A stretch of DNA of 64,000 bases from an uncultured Thermococci archaeon (GTDB taxonomy: Archaea > CAYQAE01 > CAYVLA01). Every line of letters starts with the position of its first letter. Position 1 is the first letter of the stretch. Of this stretch, positions 38,501 through 45,988 are shown piece by piece. The translations under genes were made by a program, and so were the position numbers. The notes below the pieces were generated by a model, which saw only the letters and a program-made list of their open reading frames with translations, did not search any database and was not told the DNA's origin. The stretch is from the NCBI GenBank assembly GCA_964549615.1, contig CAZJVP010000076.1:33802-97801 (forward strand), written 5' to 3'.

Positions 38501-41500
38501 GGGTCGTCGTCAAGGAACGATTGCCGGCCGGGCTGATCACGTTCGAGAACCTGACCCTTGGCTCCGATCTGATCGTGTGGGGCGAGATGGGGGACATATC
38601 CCTGGCCCCCAACGAGTCGATTGCCCTTCAGTACCCGGTCTGGGCGCGAAACCCCGGGCACTACTTCTACGCGCCGGCCGTGGTCACGTACACCAACCCA
38701 ATCCACACCCGGTACGAATCAACATCCAATACCTTGGATGTCTGGGCCCTCTCCAGCAGGCCGTTCCTGGTGGACGATGGCCCGGTGCTTGTGCTGGGCT
38801 CGGACGGCGCGCCGCTGTCGGGCCCGGTTTCGTACAACGATACGGTGACATTCGTGGTCAAGATCAAGAACATAGGCAACCAGAACGCAACCGCCCTCCA
38901 GATGGGCCAATGGCTCGGCGAGGGCGTCCCCGATATCAAGTGCATAGTCCTCAACCAGGTGTATGTTAGGGAGGCACTGGAAAGTGGGATCCGGCCCGAG
39001 TCGGTCCTGTCGCTCCCGATCAAGGTCCTGGTTCTGGAGGATGTGCCATCGGTAGCCTCCTTTGCGCTCAGGTTTCCTTTGAGCTACAGGGACTCCCAAG
39101 GAAGGTCTTATGCGAGCGTCTTTTCCTCCCAGCTTGAGGTAAGGCCAACACAGGTAGGTGTCTCGTTCAAGAAGTCCTTCGTGCGTTCCTATGTTGGACC
39201 GGGCGAACGGCCGCAGTTGCGCATCGAGATCACAAACGTCGGGGACACCGATCTGAGTTCGGTCCGGGCCATCGTCGAGGTTCCCGGTGGCCTGTCGATT
39301 GCAAGCTCGCCCGTGCTGGACTTACTGAGGGAGTCCGAGAAGGCTACGATCGTTGTGGAGTTCCAGGCCGTGAGCCTTCCCCCCGGAGAGGTCTACGTCT
39401 CGTTCAGAGGATTCGTAGCGTCTGTGGAGTACATGTGCTTCCGGGGCAGGAGGTCCACGCCTGAGGATGGCATATTCTTGGATCTTTCGGTTGTCAGACC
39501 CTACATCGAGGTCACAAGGTCGGCAACCTCTCAGGTGCTTCTGGCCAGGAGCGAGGAGTGGCCGTTCTCGCCCTTGATCCACGAGAACGTGACGCTAACG
39601 CTCAGAAACACGGCCGAGATCGAGGCCAGGGGGGTCACGGTGACCGAGAACATTCCTGATGGGCTGTACACCCTCCAATCGCTCGGGACGAGCCAGATAG
39701 TCTGGGGAAAGGACGGCAAGCTGAACCTTGGGAAGGGCGAGACGGTGAGCTTCACATACCCAGTCTGGTCCTTCGCTGAGGCGACATCCAACTTCGAACC
39801 GGCCGTGGTCACATACTCTGATCCGGCCGGCCACAGGTTCCAGTCCTACTCGACGGGAGTCGAGAAGCTCGTGAGCGTGGCTAACAGGCCGTACATCGTC
39901 TGGGAGGGCGGGATCGTCCAGGATCCAGCCGGGTCCGTGACGTACAACGACACCCTGGAGCTGCGCATGTCCGTGAGGAACGTTGGCAACAGCAGGTCCA
40001 CGGGCCTTGTTCTCACCGGTTGGACCGACGGGAAACCCTCCCACCCTGGATGGGAGCTCTTGAACTCAGGCGAGCTTAGCAAGCTGCTCTCCAACGGCAT
40101 TGCTCCGGGTTCGGTCTTGGAATTCGCGCTCAGGTTGAGAGTACTGAAAGACGTCAGAAGGCCGGAGGAGGCCAAGCTCCCCCTGGAGCTTTGGTACGGC
40201 GATGAGATGTCAAGGACCTACTCAAGGGAGGCGGTGGCCGAGGTTCTCGTCCGGCCGCCCGCGATCTCGATCTCGGCTGGCCTAGTCAACGGCCGCTTCG
40301 TCGTGATGCCCCGACAGCCTGGCTTCCTGAATCTGAGCGTCTCCAACGCCGGCGACACCGACCTCACGAACGTGGCGTTCAGGGTGGAGTGTCCGGACGG
40401 CGTCTCGGTGGCCTCGGCGGACAACCTGGATGTTCTGGCCGAAGGTGGATCCCGCGACATGTCCATAGTCTTCGGAGGCATCGAGCTCGGAGAGAAGATC
40501 GGAAGGAACTACGACAAGATCAACGTCAGCATATCATACGCCGACTTCAGGGGGGAGCAGCACACGATGAAGATCGGGGTTTTCAACCTGACCGTGAAGA
40601 GGCCGATGCTAACCGTCAGGACGTTTGAAGCAAGGTCCAAGACCAGGCTCGGCGGAAAGTACGGGTTCTCGCTCGTTCTGGGCAACGACGGCACGTTCGA
40701 GGCGAGCAGCCTACGGATACTGCTGGGCGATATGGTCACTTGGCTGGGCGACATCGCGGTGGCGGGAGGGATCCTGGACGGCGACCGGGTGATGGTCACC
40801 GAGAACCTGTCCGCGCTGAACGAGCTCCAAGTCCAGGTCAAGGGAAAGGTCCAACAGAAGGGTCGCTTCGTATTCTCGCCGGTTGCGATCTACAGCGACG
40901 CAGCGGGAAACGAGTATAGGTTGGAGTTGGAGGCGGTCCAGGTCAGAATCGGGGAGAAGATCTTCAAGACGATCCTGCCGTTCCTTCTATGGGCCGCGGC
41001 CGGCGCTGCCATCGTGGGCATCTACTATTACGAGACCAGGATAGCCGAGAAGATAAAGGGCCACCAGCTCGGATCGCTCGCCAACTCGGTGATCACCCAC
41101 GTCGACGCAACACGGACGGTGCCGCCGCTCATACCTTTCAGGAAGAAGAAGCTGAGCCTGGCCGAGTTCGCCTACCTCTTGTCGCTGTACCTTGCCAAGG
41201 TCAAGGCGACCAATCCCAAGAGGGCGGACAGGACCACCTTCATAATAACGCATCCGCAGTCCCGTCTGGTGCCTGGACAGGAGTTCAAGAACCTGGCTGT
41301 GGTGAGGGACGCCTACCTTCTGCTCGCCGACATGATCCAGAATAGGGTCAAGAGCTCGCAGACCGTACCCCCGACCTTCCTGGTGCAGGGCTTCAAATTC
41401 GGCCTCTCGGATGTCGTCTACATGCTCTCGTTGGCGGTCTCCCGCGCCAGGTCCGACGGACAGTTGCCGAAAAGCGTAACGATTCCGGCATCGACTCGGA

Positions 41501-41688
41501 TCTCCGCGGTCGAGAAGGTGGCAAAGGAGGCGCCAGCACCCGAGGAGGTGCCGAAGGCCCAAGCTGCATTGGCAGAGGCGCCGGCGCCCGAGGCAGGGGA
41601 TGACGCCTTCTCGCTGGGACGCGGGTCGAAGGCCAAGGATGAAGAATCAAAGGATCGCGAAAAGGAGTTGCAAGGAGGTAAGAAGTGA
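35554..41688 (+). CDS. Large multi-Ig-domain surface/S-layer-like protein (CARDB/DUF11-like repeats), with TM helix and C-terminal pseudomurein-binding-like repeats
   Basis: Signal peptide; more than 10 repeats of the type xTxxxxNxGxxxAxxV; TM ILPFLLWAAAGAAIVGIYYY; PMBR-like tail. Confidence 0.8.
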   Translation: MNLRSAFALVGIAFNLSALLAGLPILGTLAQQDDVYPPTINLITRFPVITFEGVKVTIEADIIDSSGVQSATIAYRVDGTDYLAPMVLKANYRYEWTYLNNDIGSRSELVVLILNITAVDVYSNKGTQTYVNTTITVLKEDAEGPEIQLEAMPLYTESEDHLIIRASVTDPSDVGSVVLYYDKAGMWFERTMTYNPDNELYEAIIGPFETDTAVRYYVNATDASKNRNEASTLQADNGTMRSFVISYRMRFEGGVDDSNYLQVEQLHRYRMTKSRDTITYAGYVFNLELSDSGLLTGQVSLNSSGKTVVLKSLSLVEKNNELITDMQTKDGIAYDFNLKYLSYRPEGPYAEIEINPRQRLVFEGYTIYTYIKKVTAGDWTFIGQDGGKWQVNVTASLGYSSVTRTFTARNQFKEFFVGGRRDVQIIYLGEELVPGDLIRYRARLRVYKFQQPIFDVKNDVPTGSPSGLSPGQIIYNVYAGDILVQKVIAQNLAGSRAYDINIQVTNITGYGLAVSPGELTASLGPVYREKTVGNKTVRYYLTYGTLTRSFNLAFPRNVQVRESARFDVLLTYRDAHAESHQIRIPVQFLIYPSPPVLRVTKGLSREELPIGHPAAAWIEIENTGGSPALNVTVIDNTPPNLISDFETWRGEIKPGSSNKVYLMYSLKATTITVPGRTSYGFVTVDWKGVCYKAGVRNDAYTLSTDDFFFTALGPHLAFIQFTADRPIVDQGGQQMIFINLGEKVTVTATVKNDGNRIAKNMSLSFPGFVIESTNFPTGTDLEDGMYVQFSATIVAASEGTYPFQAMVTHYDENPVLGNVYRALSHLIMAQTYRSPVMVQFIDPPRQISAGETETISLSIRNIGNSPVENARVLLSLSRGLELVYGTYLIWEGRLGPNQNELKTIQIKGKEFGPNKIVATASGRDIPDVDYELPVEVLSPHIEILRTIDCEYLLARPDYWPRSSEIASRVTLTLRNVGNDLALRVVVKERLPAGLITFENLTLGSDLIVWGEMGDISLAPNESIALQYPVWARNPGHYFYAPAVVTYTNPIHTRYESTSNTLDVWALSSRPFLVDDGPVLVLGSDGAPLSGPVSYNDTVTFVVKIKNIGNQNATALQMGQWLGEGVPDIKCIVLNQVYVREALESGIRPESVLSLPIKVLVLEDVPSVASFALRFPLSYRDSQGRSYASVFSSQLEVRPTQVGVSFKKSFVRSYVGPGERPQLRIEITNVGDTDLSSVRAIVEVPGGLSIASSPVLDLLRESEKATIVVEFQAVSLPPGEVYVSFRGFVASVEYMCFRGRRSTPEDGIFLDLSVVRPYIEVTRSATSQVLLARSEEWPFSPLIHENVTLTLRNTAEIEARGVTVTENIPDGLYTLQSLGTSQIVWGKDGKLNLGKGETVSFTYPVWSFAEATSNFEPAVVTYSDPAGHRFQSYSTGVEKLVSVANRPYIVWEGGIVQDPAGSVTYNDTLELRMSVRNVGNSRSTGLVLTGWTDGKPSHPGWELLNSGELSKLLSNGIAPGSVLEFALRLRVLKDVRRPEEAKLPLELWYGDEMSRTYSREAVAEVLVRPPAISISAGLVNGRFVVMPRQPGFLNLSVSNAGDTDLTNVAFRVECPDGVSVASADNLDVLAEGGSRDMSIVFGGIELGEKIGRNYDKINVSISYADFRGEQHTMKIGVFNLTVKRPMLTVRTFEARSKTRLGGKYGFSLVLGNDGTFEASSLRILLGDMVTWLGDIAVAGGILDGDRVMVTENLSALNELQVQVKGKVQQKGRFVFSPVAIYSDAAGNEYRLELEAVQVRIGEKIFKTILPFLLWAAAGAAIVGIYYYETRIAEKIKGHQLGSLANSVITHVDATRTVPPLIPFRKKKLSLAEFAYLLSLYLAKVKATNPKRADRTTFIITHPQSRLVPGQEFKNLAVVRDAYLLLADMIQNRVKSSQTVPPTFLVQGFKFGLSDVVYMLSLAVSRARSDGQLPKSVTIPASTRISAVEKVAKEAPAPEEVPKAQAALAEAPAPEAGDDAFSLGRGSKAKDEESKDREKELQGGKK

Positions 41689-42011
41689 TGGAGGAACCGG
41701 TCAGCCGCGAGGTCCAGTTGCTGATCTCGAAGATAGATAGCCTGATAGCTGTCTTCGAGCAGGTGTCCACCGTCGAGGATCAGGAGGAAGAGGCCGAGGG
41801 GAGCTATGTGAAGGAGCTCCTCGAGGTCACCAAGCGCCTCGGCGAGGAGGTGGGCAAGGGTCTCCAGCAGCTGAACGCGAAGCTGGACGAGATGGTATCG
41901 CTTCTGGACAACCTCCCGGCCAGGATGCCCAAGTTCGGCGCGGCCCTGGCCGAGGAGGGACCGGAGGACATACTGGGCCAGACGGATCTTGCGGCGGAAC
42001 AGGAAGGCTGA
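41685..42011 (+). CDS. Acidic coiled-coil hypothetical protein
   Basis: GGAGG SD; GTGA overlap with the upstream stop; heptad pattern. Confidence 0.7.
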   Translation: MMEEPVSREVQLLISKIDSLIAVFEQVSTVEDQEEEAEGSYVKELLEVTKRLGEEVGKGLQQLNAKLDEMVSLLDNLPARMPKFGAALAEEGPEDILGQTDLAAEQEG

Positions 42012-42069
42012 GCTTGCGCGATAGCTCTCGCAAAGGCGAGTTCGGTATGCCCGGTTAGGGTGAGGCGGA

Positions 42070-44088
42070 ATGGAAAGAAGTAGCGCTAGGAAAGTGAATG
42101 TGAAGTTCCTCAGGAAGATGAGGAGGGCCCTGGGGACGCTGCCGGAGGCGGGTACCCCGGAGGACATCGAGAGGAAGGCGTTCCTGAGGTACGTCCCCGC
42201 GGCGGCCCGCAGGCGGTTGGAGATGAAGGCCTCCAAGCCAGCTGTGGATGACGAGGCCTTGGGGCTCTTCAAGAAGCTTGGGGTCAAGGAGCCCCAGGAG
42301 GAGGTTGATCAGTCCGCACGGTCGCTGCTCGACCTAGCGACGATGCCGACCCAGGAGTTCGCGAAGATTGCGGACGAAGACTTGAAGGTCGAATCGCTGG
42401 ATGATGCCTCGGTTAGAAAGAGCCTTGGAATAACGGTCGCAGAGCAGGGCCCCTTGAAGTTCCTCTCGGCCGAGGCTGTGGCCGGCGCCCACCTGGAGAC
42501 GGAGATACCGCAGGAGTTCCTATCCATCCCCACGCAGTGGAAGGACAGCACCCTTCCGGGGATCCACAAGGAGTACTGGCTTCAGAACCCGTTCTCAAGG
42601 GCTGTGATACGCTGGGACGATGAGAACAAGGAAGCCATCTACTACGTCGTCGAGCCCGATCTTGATGAGAAGGAGGCGATGATCCTCGCCAGGATAAAGG
42701 AGATCGTCCAGGAGGAGATCGAGTCGGACTTCTACTCGCTCAGCGAGCTGGGGAAGGCGAAGTCCTACTTCGACGAGAAGATCCAGGAGATCCTGGACGA
42801 GCTCAGGATCTCCACCGACAAGGCCCAGCGGGAGAAGTTCGCCTACTATCTGAAGAGGGACATGCTTGGGCTGGGCAAGATAGAGCCCTTCTTCCACGAC
42901 TCGGCCATCGAGGACATAAGCTGCGACGGCGTGTCCATCCCGGTCTATATCTACCACAACAAGCACGGCTCGCTTAAGACGAGCGTGGTATACAACAGCT
43001 CAAAGGAGCTTGACGATGCCATACTGAGGATCGCCCAGAAATGCGAGATGGACATCTCGGTTGCCGAACCGGTCTTGGACGGCCGCTTGCCTGACGGCAG
43101 CAGGGTGAACGCCACATTCGGCTCCGAGGTGACGATGCACGGGGGCACGTTTACCATACGAAGGTTCAGGGAGGAACCTCTCACCCCGGTGCACATGGCG
43201 GAGTGGAACACCTGCTCCCCCACCATGCTGGCACTGATCTGGATGGCGCTGCAGCACAAGTACACGGGGTCGATCCTGGTATCCGGCGCTACAGCCTCGG
43301 GCAAGACCTCGATGCTCAACGCGATCGCGATGTTCATACCTCCCGAGTCCAAGGTCGTCACCATCGAGGACACGCAGGAGCTTCAGATACCCATAAAGCA
43401 CTGGCTTCCCGCCGTCGCGAGGCCCGGGTTCGGCCCGGCTGATTCGACCGGCAGGAGGAGGGGCGAGGTGTCCATGTTCGACCTCCTGAAGGCTGCCCTG
43501 AGGCAGAGGCCGGACTACATGGTCGTGGGAGAGGTCCGAGGTGAGGAGGCGTACGTGATGTTCCAGGGGATGGCCACCGGCCACCCAGCCCTGGGCACGA
43601 TCCACGCCGACTCCGTGACATCCCTGCTTCACAGGCTTGTGACCCGGCCCATAAACCTGCCTCCGAGCCTCCTATCCCACTTGAACGCGCTCATGATACA
43701 GGGCGTGATAGTGAGCGGGGGTAGAAAGCTCAGGAGAACCTTGAACCTGTCGGAGATGGTCACGGTCGATCCCAAGACGGAAACCCCGGTGACCAGACAG
43801 CTGTTCAGATGGAACCCGAAGACCGACACCCACGAGTTCGTGGCGCGGGAGAGCACGCTGATCAGCAAGATCGCGTTCATCCGAGGGATCGACGAGAAGG
43901 AGGTCTGGGACGAGATAACGCGCAGGGCCCTTTTCATCGACTGGATGAGGCAGGAGAAGATCTTCGACTTCAAGAAGGTCAGCGAGCTGATAGCCGAGTA
44001 CTATAAGTCCCCGGACCTCGCCTTGGAGAGGGTGTTTAGATCAAAGAGGAAGAAGAGGGGGGAGGAATCTGTACCCGAGGGAGCCTGA
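42070..44088 (+). CDS. Type II/IV secretion (pilus assembly) ATPase, ArlI/PilB/VirB11 family
   Basis: IEDISCDG, LPDGSRV, FTIRRF, GATASGKT, TIEDTQEL, ALRQRPDY.VVGEVRG, ATGH..TIHA. Confidence 0.95.
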   Translation: MERSSARKVNVKFLRKMRRALGTLPEAGTPEDIERKAFLRYVPAAARRRLEMKASKPAVDDEALGLFKKLGVKEPQEEVDQSARSLLDLATMPTQEFAKIADEDLKVESLDDASVRKSLGITVAEQGPLKFLSAEAVAGAHLETEIPQEFLSIPTQWKDSTLPGIHKEYWLQNPFSRAVIRWDDENKEAIYYVVEPDLDEKEAMILARIKEIVQEEIESDFYSLSELGKAKSYFDEKIQEILDELRISTDKAQREKFAYYLKRDMLGLGKIEPFFHDSAIEDISCDGVSIPVYIYHNKHGSLKTSVVYNSSKELDDAILRIAQKCEMDISVAEPVLDGRLPDGSRVNATFGSEVTMHGGTFTIRRFREEPLTPVHMAEWNTCSPTMLALIWMALQHKYTGSILVSGATASGKTSMLNAIAMFIPPESKVVTIEDTQELQIPIKHWLPAVARPGFGPADSTGRRRGEVSMFDLLKAALRQRPDYMVVGEVRGEEAYVMFQGMATGHPALGTIHADSVTSLLHRLVTRPINLPPSLLSHLNALMIQGVIVSGGRKLRRTLNLSEMVTVDPKTETPVTRQLFRWNPKTDTHEFVARESTLISKIAFIRGIDEKEVWDEITRRALFIDWMRQEKIFDFKKVSELIAEYYKSPDLALERVFRSKRKKRGEESVPEGA

Positions 44089-44998
44089 AGAAGCCGAGCA
44101 GTCAGCCAAGAAGCCGAAGAAGCCCGAATACAGGGCCAAGAGAGGATTTCTCGCGAACTACTGCAAGTACGCCCACAGGTTGATCGGGGGATTCGTTGAC
44201 CCCAGGATGGGATGGCTGCCGAACTTCGCCACCTCGCTCAGGCAGGCCGGCCTTCCCATCAATGTAGGCGCATACGCCAGCGCGGTGGTCCTGACCATGA
44301 TCATCGCATTCGGCGTGAGCTTCGGAGTCCTTCTGGTCCTGGGCCTGATCCTCAGGGTGCCGTTCATCGCCGTCCTCTCGATCATCTCGATCCCGGTTGT
44401 GTTCGGCGCGTTCTTCATGTACCCGAGCTACAGGGCCTCGACCAGGAAGGCGAACATCGATGAGAACCTTCCCTTCGCGGTTTCGGCGATGGCCACGATG
44501 GCCGGTTCCGGTGCGAACACCCTGGACATGTTCAGGACGATCGCGGAGGGAAACAGGTATGGCGAGATGTCCCGGGAGGCCCTTAAGATAGTGTCGGACG
44601 TGGAGAACCTGGGCTACACGATCAAGTCGGCCCTCGAGAGGGCGATTGAGAGGACGCCGTCGGCCAAGCTCAGGGCGCTCTTCTACAAGATGATAACGAC
44701 CATGACGTCCGGCGGGGATCTGAAGAGCCTGTTGATGTTGCAGTCCGAGAAGGTCATCGACGACAGCAGGAGGGACCAGGAGGCCGCGATAGAGACCCTC
44801 GGCATGGTCTCAGAGGCCTACACCGTGATCCTCATACTCGGGCCGATCCTGGCGCTCGTCATGAGCGTGATAATGATGCTGCTCCTGCCAACCATGGAGA
44901 CGATGATGAAGATGCTGCAGTACGCCCTGCTGTTGCTGGTACCGGTGGGGTACGTGGTCTTCATGGTCATGACCAGCGCGGTGAAGCCGAATCTGTAG
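44069..44998 (+). CDS. Type II secretion system F / TadC-ArlJ-like platform protein
   Basis: IDENLPFA, YGEMS.E, ALE....RTPS..L; multiple TM helices. Start extended to in-frame CTG 44069 after GGGGGAGG (ORF track starts at 44180). Confidence 0.88.
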   Translation: MYPREPEEAEQSAKKPKKPEYRAKRGFLANYCKYAHRLIGGFVDPRMGWLPNFATSLRQAGLPINVGAYASAVVLTMIIAFGVSFGVLLVLGLILRVPFIAVLSIISIPVVFGAFFMYPSYRASTRKANIDENLPFAVSAMATMAGSGANTLDMFRTIAEGNRYGEMSREALKIVSDVENLGYTIKSALERAIERTPSAKLRALFYKMITTMTSGGDLKSLLMLQSEKVIDDSRRDQEAAIETLGMVSEAYTVILILGPILALVMSVIMMLLLPTMETMMKMLQYALLLLVPVGYVVFMVMTSAVKPNL

Positions 44999-45009
44999 GG
45001 GGTGAGCGA

Positions 45010-45975
45010 ATGTCGGTGGAGGTAAAGCCCATTGTTTTCAAGAGGTCCCGGGGGCTGCTCAGGGATTCCCTGACGTACATTCACCTCGGCCTCTCCAGCC
45101 TTGCGCTGATCGGTTTCATAGGGCTATTGGCCCTTTTCATCCTCTCCCCCAACGGGCGGCTTGCCAGCTCGATGCCCGGCTTCGTGAGGGTCGCTTCCAC
45201 GAAGTACTACATTGAGGTCTTGCTTGCCCTATTCTTTTTGGTCATCGGCCCCTATGTCTGGAATCGAAACAGGGCATTCAACAGGCTCATGGACATGGAG
45301 GCGCGGTTCCCGGAGTGGCTGATCGACGTTGCAGAGGCGAAGGAGGCCGGCATGACGATGGCCCAGGCGGTCTACTCCACCGCGAGCTCAAACTACTCGG
45401 CGCTCACCAAGGAGGTTCGAAGGATGGCCACCGAGATATCGTGGGGTAGATCGTTCGAACGGGTCCTTTCCGACTTCGCGGTCAGGTCGAAGAGCAAGTT
45501 CATCGCCTCGACGATATACACCATCATTGCCGCAAGCAGGGCCGGAGGTGAGATAACGACCACCATAAGGTCGGCGGCCGAGGCGGCTGAGAAACGGCAG
45601 ATGATAAGGAAGGAACAATCCGCCGGGATGAAGCAGTACGTCTACATGTCCTACTTCTCCTTCATGATATTCGTGGGGGTCGTCTACATTGTGTACTCAA
45701 GCTTCCTGAAGGAGCTCGGAGGTCTGCAGTTCAGCTTCTCCATGACCTCCGCCAGCCAGGCGGGCGCGGAGCTCTCAGCTGCCGAGAAGGCCGCAAAGCT
45801 CGCGCACTATAGGTTCGTCATCAAGGTCCTCATGATCGAGTCCGCGGTCGGCGGAGGGCTGTACGCGGGGGTGCTGGAGAAGGGATCCGCATATGCGGGC
45901 CTGAAGCACGCCCTGCTTCTCCTGGCGCTAACGTACGCCGGCCTTTTCGTCACCTTCGGCGGTTCGATCATCTAG
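45010..45975 (+). CDS. Second T2SS-F / TadC-like platform protein
   Basis: E..FPEWL.DVAE..EAGMT, Y.ALTKEV..M..EISWG.SF, AGG, GLKH. Confidence 0.9.
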   Translation: MSVEVKPIVFKRSRGLLRDSLTYIHLGLSSLALIGFIGLLALFILSPNGRLASSMPGFVRVASTKYYIEVLLALFFLVIGPYVWNRNRAFNRLMDMEARFPEWLIDVAEAKEAGMTMAQAVYSTASSNYSALTKEVRRMATEISWGRSFERVLSDFAVRSKSKFIASTIYTIIAASRAGGEITTTIRSAAEAAEKRQMIRKEQSAGMKQYVYMSYFSFMIFVGVVYIVYSSFLKELGGLQFSFSMTSASQAGAELSAAEKAAKLAHYRFVIKVLMIESAVGGGLYAGVLEKGSAYAGLKHALLLLALTYAGLFVTFGGSII

Positions 45976-45988
45976 GGGGAGGGTCGCC

